Of a DNA stretch of 64,000 nucleotides, positions 36,421 through 51,000 are shown one piece after another. Source of the stretch: Vicugna vicugna. Taxonomy: Eukaryota. Positions within the stretch are counted from its first letter, which is position 1. Each line of letters begins with the position of its first letter. Location: assembly GCA_013265495.1 (NCBI GenBank), contig MU058636.1, positions 2,837,967 to 2,901,966 on the forward strand, written 5' to 3'. Position numbers and translations under genes: made by a program. The notes under the pieces were generated by a model. It saw only the letters and a list, made by a program, of their open reading frames with translations. It did not search any database and was not told the DNA's origin.

Positions 36421-39199
36421 GCCACCTGCCTTACTGTATGGAACTGTGAGAGCAAAATGTTCCGTGGACACATTTTCTGGAGTGAGTGGCTTAAAATTTT
36501 AAAAAAATATTTTATTATTTTTTAAAAAACTACAAATACTGTCTGCGAATAAGCGTGCATTCACAAGAAAGCAAAACCTCGTCACCACATCGCTGGAGAA
36601 CCCTTGATGTCCCTGAACCAGGATGGAGAAAACTGAGAGGAGGGCAGATGATGGGAAAAAGTAAAAGATTCAAAACGGCGCTCAGGACGAGACAAGCCTC
36701 TCTTGTTGATCCGGGTTCTTTGGGTGGATCTGCTCTTGGGGATCTGCTCAGGGTCACTGACCCCGTGTGTGATGGGGAGATGAGGCAGGGTTGGGGCTGC
36801 TGGGCGGGGCCCCTGGGAGAGGGGACTGGGCACCTTCCCGGGGTCTCCAGGTGTGCTCACAATGCCCCCCCATCTCCCAGGTGACACGCGGAGGTTCACA
36901 GCAGGTAAGGGACTCGGGCTGGCACGAAGCTCCCTCGCCACTCTCCAAAAAGGTCCTCTTGTCACGAAAAAGGCCCTGCTTCAGTGTTTGTGCGGGAAGG
37001 ACACCCCGACTTTGAGGTTCTGAAAGAGCACAAGGATGAGGCGTGTGCCGCGGGCAGGGGTGGCAGCTTCTTTCCCAGAAAGCCATGAACCCCTGTTTTT
37101 TTTTTTAACACCTGAGAATCTAAAAGACAAAATCTTAAGTTCTAAGAGTTGGAAAGGACCACGTGGCCACTGAACGCGGATATCCTCTCAGACTGTAAAA
37201 GGGAAAAAGAGCAGGGCGGGAGGACAGTGGGAGGAAAGCGGACAGGGAGGCACGAAGAGGAGACTGACTTTCCATTCAGTCATTTCCCTCCCTGCACTTT
37301 AAATGCTCTCACCAACCATCCTCTGAATCCTACCCCTGGTCCAGCAATAATAAACACACGTCAGAAGTCAGGTATCTTCCCCGATGTTGGCGACAGTGAC
37401 AACGATGGCTGATACTTACAGTGAGTGCCTGCTGAGTCCCAGTGCCCTCCGGTAAGGCACGGGTCACCGAACCCCCAGGCCCAGCCTCTGACATCTCCAC
37501 AGCTCTCTCAACCCACTTCACTTACGGAAAAGCAGCGTCACGAATTAGGCAGAAGGCGGAGCCTTGGCTCAAAAGTCGGCGCTCTAACTTAATCCACTCC
37601 GATGCTCCTGAATTACTTTCCATGCTACTGAAACTCTACATGAGACTTATAAAGGGTCCCCCAGGGCAATGAGCCATAATGTAGTTATAATAAAACTTTA
37701 ATTAGAAGCAAAGATGCTCCTCCCACTTTGCAAACACAGAGGCAAGGGGACAAGGAGGAATGGCTTTTGAAGACGGCCTGGGTTTCGACCCCGGCTCACC
37801 TACCGACCACCTGAACGAGCCTGCATAGGTTATTCCAAACCCCACTTTCTTCCCTCCTGCATGAGGAAGCTGCTGCAAAGCTCACAGAATTGCTTAAAAG
37901 TAGTAAGAAATTGAGATCATGCATATAAATATATGAAGCATTTCCTAGACTATATTGTTTGAGACTTTCTCTGAATAAGTGACGGAATTTCAGAAATGCT
38001 CTCTCTTCATTTCATCCTGTTTTCCAGCTGCACTGGCTTCTGGAATTTTTCTTCCAAATAGCTAATGAGTGACACCAATGGATAAATGCAGCCAAGGGGA
38101 GCTGCTATTTAAAGAAATCCTCCCATTTAAGGGAAGAATTGTTTGACGTGAATAATCAGCTCTTAATTGCGCGGTGTGTCAATATTTTAAAAGAATTATC
38201 TCATTAATGAGCTGCTGGGGTCAACCGTGACGCCTACCCTGGATCTGGATATTTGCCATTTCCAGCTGCCAGCAACTTAACCCTAGGAGTTTAATTAAAT
38301 AGTCTCTGCCAGTGAGGAAGTGATGTACTGTTGGAAAGGTGAGAGGGCTACTCAGGAAATGTACGGCTACGATGCCAAAAGTGCAGGGTTTTTCTCCAAA
38401 ATGAGCAGCAGAGAGGCCTGGGGGATTTCAGGATGGCGTCACGGGGCGGTGGTCCAGGTGGAGGCTGGGCCGGGCGGGTGGAGGGAGGGAGGCAGGCACT
38501 CTTCGGACAGGACAGGGCATGGAAGAACACCAGGGGTCCCAGAGGGCGGGGACCAGCCTGCCAGGACGGGCAGAGGGAGTGGAGGTCGGGCCTCTGCTGC
38601 CCACCGTCCAGGCCAACCTTCTGCGAGACTTCTTGGCTCTACAACGCTTTCCCCTGCCTTCATCCATGGCCCCTCATGCTCAAGGTTCCCTCCTTCCACC
38701 TGCCAGGGCCCAGGCAGGACCCCCGATTACCAGGAAAATATGCTCTGGTGCTGCGGTCCCCGGGGAGGGGGGTCTCTCCCCAAGGCCCAGTGGGCGCCCC
38801 CAGGAGACAGACGCAGCCACCTCACCATCTCCTGCTCTGGCTCTTGGGCAGCCTCATCAAGTTGCCTCCTACCATCCCTGGTAAACAACACTTTTTATTT
38901 TTTAAAGCCACAGCACTGATGCAGAGACAGACCCTAGGGGACCAAGGACCCTTCACTGGTTCCCACTCTTGAAGGGCAGCGAGTGGGCTCATTAATAACC
39001 CACCTCTTTGCCAAGTCAAGGTCACAGCTACCCACCTCTTTCTGGGGCCCATGCGCTGGTGTCCATTGTTTTGCCAAGGCCTGCGAGGAGGAATGCAGTG
39101 ATGGTTGCACAACAAGGTGAGTGGACTGCATGCCACTGAAATGTGTGCTTCAAAATGCACAGCTAAAGATACAACTCAAAAACTAAAAAGGTTCCCCAA

Positions 39200-39726
39200 A
39201 GGGTGAAAGCTTATGCCACAGGCCCCAGGCACTCCTAGATACATAACCAACACAAAGGTAAGCAGAACACCTGCTACAGACGCTCAGGGCGGTGTCGTTC
39301 ATCACAGCCAGACAGCGGCTGAACAGCCCAAGGGCCCACNNNNNNNNNNNNNNNNNNNNNNNNNNNNNNNNNNNNNNNNNNNNNNNNNNNNNNNNNNNNN
39401 NNNNNNNNNNNNNNNNNNNNNNNNNNNNNNNNNNNNNNNNNNNNNNNNNNNNNNNNNNNNNNNNNNNNNNNNNNNNNNNNNNNNNNNNNNNNNNGTGTTA
39501 AGTTCGTGCATCTGAAATGTCCAGAACAGAGACAAAGCAGGCGACTGGCTGGGTTGGGGACAGAGGAGAGAACAGGGAGTTAACGCACCTGGGTCTCGTC
39601 CTAGGGTAATGAAAATTCTGCAAACGGTTGCCTAACTGTGGATATAATTTTTTAATTGAATTTATACTTTAAATGGATGTACTTTATGGCTTTAAATTAT
39701 ATTTAGTAAAGCTGTTAAAAAAAAAA
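39200..39726 (+). mobile_element. Old L1M (L1MB/L1ME-type) 3' end spanning an assembly gap
   Basis: gttcatcacagcc...aacagcccaagggcccac before the gap; gaaatgtccagaac...tttatactttaaatggatg...ttatatttagtaaagctgttaaaaaaaa after it. Confidence 0.6.
39340..39493. other. Assembly gap (154 N)
   Basis: Run of N. Confidence 1.
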
Positions 39727-41483
39727 AGCCAAGAAGCATCTGATCCACAACGGCTTTTCCACTGAAGGCACCTGGGCAGACCCGACAACTTCCACACACG
39801 TCCCGTTGCTAAAGCAGCACTTTGTTCCATACATTTTTAATTCTGCTTTAAGTCAGAACTCTGCCACCTCTCCCCAAAATCAATAATTATAGCTCTGGTT
39901 GCAGTTGGTAAGACAATCTCCACTCTATCTACACAAACTGCTTATTATATGTAAGAGTCATTTTGCTTTGAGAGTTTCAGGAACGTGAAATTAGCTGCTG
40001 TTTAACGCACCCTCCCTACACCCACTGCTTCGTCTTCTGCTGTTCCGTTAACACTGTGAACATGAGCTCCAGTTTCAATACACGGCTTAAATTTTCACGG
40101 TGACAGGGCACAGAATAATGAAACTGAGGAAGACTGAAACATGTGCTGGTCTAAATAACATACTTCACTTAAGCTTCTGGCTCACACCGAGTAGGGGAGG
40201 GGTGCCTCCACTCAGCGTCTGCGTACGGTCCAGGACCTCAGGGAAAACGGGATGGCTTTAACAGGGAATCCGATGAAAGTAAAAGATCATCTTGCAGCAA
40301 AAACCTGTGACCAAGTCCCTTGGCACTAGCACAGTATTTTCTAAGACCATCAAGGTGCACAAGCCGGGTGAATAAATCAGTGAGGTGGGGAAGAGACATG
40401 CCCAGCTTGGGAAGCTGGAAGGAAAAACGCCTGGGAGGCAAATGTGGGGGATCTTCCTGCACTGAGTGCCCAGCCTTTTGTCTGCCCAGGCACCCCTGGC
40501 AGGTGAGTTCAGGCTGCCCTCCAGCTTTTACAAGCCCAGGGACAACTCCCTGTGGGCAGGTGTCTGCCCGCCCCTCTCCTCCCACGGATGCGTCCCTGGC
40601 GGCACGGCAGCTCCAGAGAAGCCTCAGAAGACGGATGAACCTTGGATGTGACCAGAAGTGTGGCCCGGGCCCAGGACCCAGGAGCCTGCCTGCGCCAGCC
40701 CAGCAATTACCAAAGGGGATCGGGCAAGCACTCGCAAGCCTTGGCCTCAGAATTTCTGTACTTTGATGGGCTAATTTGTTCTCCTGGGGCTAAACCGCTG
40801 GCCGTGTGTGCAGTCCTACAAAGGGAGGCAGCCAGCGAAACGTCACGCAGGGAGTGGCTGAGCCACTCTCCCAGGAGAGCGCACCGCGCACCTGTGGGCT
40901 CTTCAAAGATGGCTCTGTCCTCTCGTTTTCACCACCAAACTTACACCAAGTTTCTTCTCCAGGAGCTTTTTGAGAACATTTTCACTTGCAGGGAAGCAGT
41001 CCCAACAGGCTACACGTGAAGCAGAAGAGAATCAGGGCACGCTGGTGCCGGGAAGGAATCAGGAGATGATCTAAAACGTCCCAGCCCGGCCTTCCGGGAC
41101 ACCACCCTCGAGAGTCTTTGCTGGAATTTGTGTGGCACACGTACTATTATTCATAATATTGTTCCTTAAAGGAATCCACCTTTTCATAAAAAATTTTTTA
41201 AAGAAAATTCTGTATTACCCTCATAAATGGAGCACCACCAACAGCGATCTGACATCAGATATTAAACTCAGCCCCATCACCGACGGGAGGGCCATCTGCT
41301 TCCTGCAGGGACCCCGATGGGTGAGCCCTCCGGGGAGTGAGCCCCAGAGTGTCATGTCTGTTTCTCCTAATATTCGTAAGAATTAACATACTGTTAAGGT
41401 AACAGTGTTGGTCTGTGCTCTCCCTGAAATCATCGCACACGCAGCATTCACTCAGCACAGCAGGGAAACAGGGGTCTGGTCCA

Positions 41484-41645
41484 TGAGCTGGCAAACCACA
41501 GCCCGTGGCCCATTTTTGCACTGACCTCGAGTTTCGTGAAGTTGGTTATTTCTTGCTTTTTGTGAAGATTATTATTTGACATGCGTGGCCCCCAAAGCCT
41601 AAACTATTTGCTATCCAGCCCTTTTCAGCCCCGTTTGCTGAGCCC
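41484..41645 (+). mobile_element. MER58-like hAT MITE
   Basis: tggcaaaccacagcccgtggcc...gtggcccccaaagcctaaactatttgctatccagcccttt...gtttgctgagccc. Confidence 0.7.
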
Positions 41646-44600
41646 AGATCTCACCTATACCTTTAGCTACCTGTGAGGGGACCCCAGCCCAACTGCACTG
41701 ACTGACCTAGAACCACTGCATGCAGGTCCTCGGGCTTCTAAGTAAATGAAGAAATTTTACCCAAGAGGCCATCAGTGAAATGCTTTCAGAATGGGCCTGA
41801 ATCCAACCATTTCAACTTCATTGTAAGAGCTGTTTCATCCAAAGCAAAGCAAACGAGGGGCGGGGTGGTGCGGAAGCTGCACAAGTCCTCCACCTCGTCT
41901 CGGGCCTCCTCTGCCCTTGGCCACTCCCCCTCCCACCAGGCTGGGCTCATCTGGGTGCCTCCTCACCAATTCGCGCACCGGGGGCGGGGAGGACGGAGGC
42001 CCCTCTGTGGGAAGATCACCCTCACTACCCCAGGCTGCTGGCACCACCGGACCACCCGGACCCCCTGCCCCGCCTCTGTAGGCAGCTGTTTTCTTAAACT
42101 CACCTCTGATTACCCCATTTGAGAGGGCTCTGTTCCCTGCAGGGGCCCTGATGGCTACAGCCTTACATCCTGAGTAAGCTCTGGATGTTTGCAGCTGCTG
42201 CTGCCATCTCAGAATCAGCAGTCCAGGCCCACCCCGCAGACAACACCTCTATGATGCGGCCGCACAGCTGGACGGGGCTTTGAACCATCTGGTGGTCCCT
42301 CTTGCCTGTAAAGTGGGCAACACCAGACACACCTGACTCTCAAAAATGCCCAGAGATTTTAGTATTTTATTATAACAACACATTGCATTATAAAAAGATA
42401 TTTTTTAAAAATCTTCAATTTAATAAAATCTGAGCAGCTCATGTGTGACAGACAAGATGCTGGGTCTTGCACGTGCATAAAAATCAACAATCAATCCTCA
42501 CTTTATTAACGAGGCGCCCGAGCCTCAGAGAGCCTCCGTGGTGCTCCCAGGGCCTAACCGGCCAGCATGGGAGTCGCCAGCCCCAGAGACCCACCTGGGG
42601 TCACCTGTGCAGCTGACCGAGTCCCCCAGTAACCACAGCACAGCCACCATCTGGCCGTCCACAGAAGTCCCGTTGACATTACACAAATTAGGTCAAAAGA
42701 AAGAAAAGGTCAGGACTGGGGCAAGGCGGAGGGAGGAGAGAGGAAGTTTTCTGACATAAGACGGAAGCTCCCTCACAGCCGCACCCGCACAGCTGCGCCA
42801 CCTGGATCGGCCCACAGAGTGGAAGCGCCTCGCAGCCTCCGCCTGAGGGGCACCCCTGGACAGGTGCATCACGGTGTTTTCACGGCACAAAACGAAATGG
42901 AGGACAGCCTCAGGATGAAAAGACCGCCAGGGCTCTGGGCACGCGGGCAGGGCTGGGGCAGCTTCCTTACTGATCTGCTGAGCTGAGCGCACGTGGGCTG
43001 GAAACACTTCCCCTACAGCCCAGTTTGCATCTGCTCGCTGACCGGAGGGATCAGAAGGCCAGCTCCACCACCCACCATGCTGGGCGAGGGCGGGCAAACA
43101 GCCTACCCGGCTTTAAGGGGTTAAGATGCCAGCCTCGCTCACCTCCCCTACAGTGCCCACCCCTTCCCCGCCTGCTCCCCCGCTGGAGATCTGGGAGCAG
43201 AGAAGCAAATGGAGGTTAAAACCTCAAAGAAAATCGGATTCAAAATGTGGGGGGCAAGTGACTTCCGTCCTCGGGCTCCCCTTCCCCCTCACCGCAGGGG
43301 GAGGTTCAGATGGACAAACAGGAGCAGGCACGAGGGGCTGCTGGCACCAAGTGAGCGCTATGCGTTCACTGCGCCTACTCTTAGCTTCTCATCTGTCAGA
43401 GATCTGATTAATAACCAGCCCGGGAAGCACCGTGGAGGCTAAGCAGGCAGCCCGCACGCGGACTGCATTTACTACAGGAAGAGGCCCTAACTGAAAAGCA
43501 CTGTGCAAATATGTGGCTTAAAAAGTAAGAATAAGTTCCTCGTTTGGTTTATCTCCATCTCTACTAACTCAGATGGTTGAAGGTTTGGAGGGCTGCTGTC
43601 TTGAGATATTTAAATTGACCTGAAACTATTAAAAATATAAATGTTATGTATAAAATACATGAAAAAATATATAAATACAAACATTATAATTGAGACTGAG
43701 GTTTTAACCACTGATTTCTATTTTTACATATTTAAATACCGTGGTTTCTGGGCCGAAGTCGCCCACGGTGTGCGTGTCAGGGGCTGGCGGGGACCACGGC
43801 CGTGGAAGCTCCGCGGTATCCAGGGGCCGGCACTGCTCTGGGCGCCTCCCGCACAAGTGAGCGGGTCCCGGGGTGGGGCCGTGGGTCACCCCCGGCGACG
43901 CCCCGGACTCAGGGCCCTTCGTCTGTTTGGCTCTCGTGCCAACTTTGGACGCTCAGCTCTCGTTCAGGAAGCGAGATGCTGCTTTACCGGCTCTTGGTGG
44001 GGCGGCCACCCCGGCCTCCGCTGTGACCTCGGCAGAAAACTCGTGCCCAGTTGGGAGGCCACTTTCCACCCTCTGGGAAGCCTGGACGCTCACAAAGCCC
44101 AGTTATTTGTTTTGCCAAACTGTATATACACTGATTGGAAATGTTTGTTTCCGTGTCCCACTCTACATCTCTAAAGACAAATGATTAAAGAATACTTTCA
44201 AGGGCATTTTCTTCCGCTCATCCCTTCCAGCCTATTACACCAAGCAGCCCCACTTCCTGCCTTTTAACTTACACTTCTGTCGGCGTATCATCCACTCTTC
44301 TTTGTTGACCTTTACGTGTACAAGGCTGCTTCAAAACCCTTCTTCAAAGGAAAGGTCGGAGTGAAATGTCACCGGGAAGGATGCCAGCCGGCCAGGGGCC
44401 GGGGCGCCCTTCCCAGAGCTGAGCCCACCTGTGGGGTGGGGGTGGGGGGTGACACAGGCACCAGAGGCAGGAGGGAGGGTCTGCAGCCAGACCACCTGAC
44501 CTACCCTGGTCACCACCACACCCAGTGAAGCCCAGCCCACCAGCCTGGGCCCCCCTGCGCCCTGCATCTGAGAGCTGCTTGCAGAGTGTTCACCGCACAC

Positions 44601-44829
44601 ACCCTGTTAGGAACTGCAGGTGACAGAAGAAAGTTCTGTGGTCCCTGCCCGAGAGGGACTTGTAATTTAACAAGGAAGAAAAATTAAATATTAAAAAAAA
44701 AAAACATGTAGGAGGGTTTCCAAAAGAGGGAGGGTTGGGAAGCTGAACAAAACCACTAAGATTACTGCATTTGGACAATGGGACAAGACAGGAAAGAAGA
44801 CGGATGTGACGGGGGAAGGAAGGATGGAC

Positions 44830-45030
44830 AGGATACAATAAATTACTGAAGATCAGAGGCAAGAGATGGGAATGAGTCAAAGGTAAGCTTAACATCTCAA
44901 GCCTGGGTGACTGAGAGACTGAGGATTCATAAAGAGGCAATGTCAAGAAAAACAATTTGGGCAGAGAAATCTAAATTTGGGTGTGGAAGTCCTGAGTTCA
45001 AGGTGAGGGTGAGACCCAAGTAAGATGCTG
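44830..45030 (-). mobile_element. L2 internal fragment
   Basis: gagtcaaagg...agcctgggtgactgaga...gagttcaaggtg...ccaagtaagatg. Confidence 0.6.
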
Positions 45031-48000
45031 TGACCTGCTGTTCTGACTCCATCATTCACTCTCCGCTCTGGTTTATAAAATACCAAGTGATGAGAGGTAC
45101 ACAAAAGAAGTGAATTAGCCAATACAGGAGATCAGTGCTGGTTCAAGCTCGTGAACCAGCGAACCAACCGTACCAACTAGAAGTAACACACACCCACCGG
45201 CAGAAGCCAGCAGAATACGCCGAAAACTCAAACCTGCAAAATTTGATCTAGAAAAATCAGCTTGAGAGGAATAAAAGGCACAAAGAAGGAGTGGCAGAAG
45301 CTAAAGTCACCGGAATCTGTTATGGACAACTGGCTGGTACATGCAGAAAACCTTTCTTGGAAATCTGAATGGAATATAATTTACCCTGATGAGAATAACT
45401 TCAAGAAATGCAAAATTTAAACAGTCTCTCTGGGCTCTAAAAACTTACTTAATGACTTAAACTGAAGTTCACTTGGGGAAATATTTTCATCCAAAATTCA
45501 TCTGTGATGATCTTTCTGATTAAAAACTTATATTCACAGAGTCAAAATATCCTCAGGTGAAACAGTGTGTCAAAATGTCCTGTGTCGGGTGGAACACATG
45601 TAGGTGCCCGGCACACAGCTGGGTGGGTGAGCATCTGAAGCCAAGCCTCCAGCAGGGGCTGACGCGGGGGTCAATGCTGACAGAGGTCAGTGTGGACAGG
45701 GGTCTGTGTTGATGGGGAGGGAGCTCCCGGGAGGGAGGACGTCTGCTAAGACACCTGTGGGGAACAGCCTCATTCTTAAAAGTCCAAGGGGGAAGCATCA
45801 CTCTAAGGAAGGGGAAAGAGCAACTTCAAAAATGAGTCCAAAAGCAGACGGACTTCTCCACATGTCTCCCCGAGGCCCACGTCCTCACCTCTCCAAGTGA
45901 GCCAGGAGCCAAAACAAGGCCAGACCCAACACAGGACGGTCGCGTGAACAACACGTGATGGTTTGGTAGAAGTGGGTTCCAAGCGTAACATAATTATGTC
46001 CCAAATACTGCCAACAAATATTTTTTAGTGTGAAAAGTTATACTGAGAAAGTATTCACTGCTTATCTACAATTCAAATTTAACTGCATGTCCAAGTTCGG
46101 CTGGGCATCCATCCGGGGTTTGTGTTTGCTCAGGCTGGTAACCTGACCTGGGTGTCCCACCCCACACCCTCTGGCCCCTGACCATCAGCAGCCAAGGCCT
46201 TTCTGCAGCCCGAGTGGCAAGTAGAGACCCTCTCACGTCCTGTGCCTGGAGAAGGCTCCTGCCACGGACCAGGAAAAGGGGAGAGTCTGGGGGGAAATGG
46301 ACCGGCCAAGCGTGTGAAATATTTCAGAGAGACGACGGGGGTGGGGCTGACAACAGAGTCCTGGAACCGTGTCATTAGAAGGAGACTGTCCAAAAGTGAG
46401 CAGTTTTAGGAGGAGCTCTGTTCTCAGAGGGATGAAAATAGGTGCCGAGTCTGATGCTTGAGTCGGCTTCACCATAAAGAAGTGGGTTCCCGGCCCAGGC
46501 CTGCGGGGAACCGCACGGAACACGCCCCGAAGGCCAGCACTCTGGGAACGCCGGCCGGCGCGTGTGGGCACCAGCCACTGCCTGCCTGCTGAACGGGCGA
46601 ATGAATGAACGAATCCTGTACTTCTCAAACGGCTTGCTTTGAAATCTGAAATCTTACACAAGTCACTGAAAATCAAAGTCTGGGGTGAAGCTGCCGTTCC
46701 CCGGCACTCCCCACGGCAGCTACCGCTCTTTGGTCTCTACCCAGTTTGTGGGCTGAGGGTTATTTGCAGTACGAATCACAGGCGTCCGGGCTGGGCCTAA
46801 ACCAAGCTAATGAACACAAACACCTGCTCTTCCACGCGATAAAGCACGTGTTAAGATTCACACGCGTAAGCAGAAGAGAAAGTCCACCACCTCCCAAACG
46901 AAAGCCAATCGACTTCCGAACGCATTCTTCCCTGTGCCCGTTTATGTAACTGCTGTAGCTGGTCTTTAGCTACGGGAGCGCTTAATCAAACAAACATCTG
47001 AGAACACCCGAGCTTTCTTATTTATGCATAAAAGTATGGTTCAGGCCTGCGCCGGTTTCCCTTGCCCTGCGCTGGAAGAGATCCCAAGGACGCCTTATCA
47101 AAACAATAAACTTCAAAAAGAGAAGACGACGGACGTTTTTAAAAAGAGAGTACTGTATGCGGCTTCTAATTTAGGATAATTCCCAGCATATTTTGAATTT
47201 TTATAAAGCATCCTTTATTTGCTTTGCTGCTGTGAACTTCCCATTGCAGATTCAAAGGCTCTCTAATTTAGAATTTACAAACACACTGAGCCTGCACAAG
47301 TGAAACCGGTGTTGGGCTTCTGCACACGCCACCCTTGGCATCAAACGTGCCCCATGCTTCTGCTGCTAAAGGTTTGGGTGTAAAAGCGAGTTTGATGTAC
47401 AAATTAAATGAAAGGTTTTTCATACCAATTCCTGAAAAATTTAAATTCAAATGGAGTCTATGTTCTTAGTACCCCTTTTCCCACACTTGGCCCAAAGGAA
47501 TACAGCTCTGTCCTCACGTGGTGGGGGGGGTCCGCTGGTGCCAGCTCTGGTAGCCTGTCACTGTCCTGCATGGAAGGACCTACCAGCCCACAGCTCCCCA
47601 TTCAGAGCTGAAGACACACTTTTATTATTCATTTCCACCAAACATCATTAATGCTTCACGTTGCTTAGCGCTCCTGTGAATAAGAGCAAAAACTCGTAGG
47701 ACTGGCAGCGTCAAGGAATAGAACGCTTTCTGCAGGTGGGAAGAGCCACACCACTATCTCAGACAAGACTGAGCAACGTTCTAACAGCAGGGAGTCAGCT
47801 ACCCAATTGACACAGCTTTAACCTCAAGGGTCAGTCACTGCACTGCATCACTGTTTCTTGGGGTCCCAAATTCTCCCCACTTTCTAAAGGCTGACACCAA
47901 TCCCAATCTCAGATCAGACCTATATGCTTCGTGGGGCTGCAGATATGTGAGTTGGAAAGGAGCGGATCCGGCCACTGCTGCACCTGTGTGGATGGCCATA

Positions 48001-51000
48001 CCTGCTCTGCTGAGGAGCCTGGTCACACGAGGGTACTGCGGTCGTTCCAGACAACAGATTCACCATCTCTATCGATGTCAGAAAGTAAACAGGAGGATGA
48101 GAAGGGCAGACAGAGGGAACGTGCCGCCTGTACTCAAAGCTCATGTCAGCCACCCTCCTTGGTCCCCAGACTGCCCCGCAGGTGGGGTCCATCTGAAGGA
48201 CGCAGGTCCCCCGGCTGGAGCCCAGGCCTGTGTGACACCAAAACTCACGCTCCTCCCGCTGCCCATCCAGGCGGCTCTCCGTCAGAAGAGCCCTCGCCCC
48301 GGCTGCTTACCTCCCCACTGCTGACTTTCTTTATTAATCACCTGAAGTTAGATGCCAGTATGAAACTTAACGAATTATCAAAAGAAAGACACAAGGCCAT
48401 CTCTAGAATTCAAACAAAACTCTGTACATGATGTGGTCTTCTGTTCCTGGAGCCTGACGTGGCTGAGGGCACAGTGAACTTGACAGTCAGATGGGGAGGC
48501 AGGTCCCCCACCCAGGGCCTCTTCTCGGTGCCGCCCTGTCTCTGGGGCTGACTTTGCTCCCGTCAGCAGCCCGGTGACCTGGCTGGACTCCAGCTCTGAT
48601 CCCATCCTCCCACCCAGCTGGGTCAGGGTGAGCCTGAGCAGAGCACCTAGCTGATGGGCTCCCACAAGCCGAATGCTCGAGCCAGCTCCCAGCACCTTGC
48701 CAGAGCAGCCGGAGAAGCGAGCACGGGGCCGTGAGCGCAGGGCTGCGGACCCGGTGGAGGAGAACACCCTTGGGAGAGCAGGAGAATCCTCCAGGACCTG
48801 GTTCCAAGAGGGGGCTCCTAATTCAGACGAGAGGCCTGTGCCTGTCGCGGGGCCACAACTCACTTTCCAATGACCATGGAATGTGAACAAGACAACTCGG
48901 GTGGGCGCCTTGGGCACCAAGCTTGCCTTGCTCCTCCTCTGAAACGCCACACAGTCCGGATTTGGAGAGCCAAGAATGTAAGAAACTGAATCTCGGTTAA
49001 ACTTGGTCCTGTCTTTAGAGAAGCTGACAAAGCGCGCTTTGTACGTAGGCACGTCCCATGACAGCACTTCCAAGATTCGTGATAAACCCCAATCCCCCCC
49101 AACCCCACCGCCAGCTCCCACCTGCCAGCCGACTGCGGATAACGACCTCCTGCTTTGTCCACTCCCCCTTCCGCCTCTGCCCCTCTGGTCCTGCCAGTGA
49201 CCAGCTGCGGGAAGCACTGCACGCCTGTTCTTTGCGCTGAGACATCTGGCAGTGCTGACCTGTCGGGGGCCAGCCGACCCCGCAGCTGGCCGGTAAATCC
49301 GTGGCTCGCCGCGCCGTGGCCTGCAGGAGTTTTAAGGTCAGGTCACATCCCTTTCTTTCGGCTGGTACCTCTGGACTGGGCAGTCCCGGATCTTTCGCTC
49401 AGCCCTCTCATGAGCTCTCTTCCATCTCCAAACAAAAGCCGAGGCTTCTTTGGGATTTGCAGACTAGAAATTTCCCCTCTCCTGTAATACAAATCTTATC
49501 GGATTTCTGTCCAGAGAGCAGATATTTAAGACATCTGAACTTCGGCTCTACAATTGAAGTCTTTTTTTTTTTTTTGCAGACTTGACTGTTTGCCATCCTT
49601 TGTCCTCCTTTGACCCTTACGTGAACTTGGTGCGCACTGCCCAATACAAGGGCGTGCTATTTTTATATACATACATCTGTACAACCACACAGGAAAGCTG
49701 TCATCGCCGATCCTGCCCAATAACGCAAACCCAAAGGACCTCGGGCAGAAAGCTCTTAAGGAGGTACTTGAAGCCGAGGCCCAGGAACGGCACTGGGGGT
49801 CCCAGCGTCTGTCTCCTGGCTGGTTTACCCCAGACGCAGCCAAGGCTGAGGGGCCACTGCAGAGGGAATGCTGCGGGACGCGGAGAGAAATGTAAGTCCG
49901 GGACCATCGGGTCTGGTCTGCTATTTCCTCCTGGAAGGCAGGTGTTCCGTCCACCCTGAGGCCCCATCCTTGCTGGAGAAGCAGTGACCCCTCCGCGTCC
50001 CCCGCACTGGCTCCCTGTCACAGCCCGTCAAAAGCAGTGAACTTTGAAGAGCAAGGAAGGACCCCTCTGTCGTTCTCACACCTTTGATACCACCTTCGTC
50101 TTCATCCCAGTATGTCTCCCAGAGGAGACGGGGGAGAAGCAGAAACAGGAACGCTGTGAAGGATTTTCCAAAAGAAACGCTCCCGGCAGAACACAGCTCT
50201 TCCTAGAATCCCAGCCCAGAGCTTCAGCTGGCCTGCTCCATCCTCATTCAAGTTGGGTGGGGTGACGCGGGCAAGCTTACTGTCTTTCTCCTTTGATGGG
50301 GCCTGGATACGTTTTGTGTATGGCTGCCCGGTCCTTTTAAAAAAATAACCTCTCTCAAGCTTCCTCCTTGGTGGGATAGTTTGGGACTGAAACTTCTCAT
50401 GACCTATCCTGACATTCCAAAACCTCTGCAGGAGACTCCCCCCCACCCTCCCCCCACCTAGCAGGACACGGCTGCCCCCTTCGGAAGCCCTTACCCTTGC
50501 CTACGGGTAAGCACCATGGCGCTGCATCACACCATGATACCCATGGTCCAAGGCTGCTCGCTCCTTCCAGGGGTGCGCTGGGGAAACACTGTTCTGACCA
50601 GCACCGGCTGTTCGGGAGTACTCCGAGGAGGGCATGCAAGTCTGGTGGACCATGTGGATGCTGGTTACTTGGTATCTTTGTTTTTGTTGGTTTTTTTTTT
50701 TTTATAAGAGCCACTCTGCTCCTTCCAGATGCACATGTCAATATTTCTGGGCTCACAGAGGCAAAGTGACACTCTTAAATCTGGATCTTTGTCAGCGTCT
50801 TAACACCAGACCTTCTGCTTTCTACCTCATCAGGTTCATCCTGTTCTCGCTCACTCCCACTTTTATAGTTTGGACATCAAACTGCTGCTCAGAGATTTAG
50901 TGGCTCCGTAATCATGGATCGTCACCCCTTTCCTGCTCAGGGCTGGAACCCCCAAAGTGAGGGGTTCCTAATCCAATCTCTCCCAAATCCAGAAGCAGGA

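Noticed and set aside
39213-39535. ORFs containing X runs (also 56381-56892)
   Set aside because: Artefacts of translating through N gaps.
48378-49217. 279-aa minus-strand ORF and neighbouring ORFs
   Set aside because: Low-complexity composition, no homology I recognise, no exon-like boundaries.
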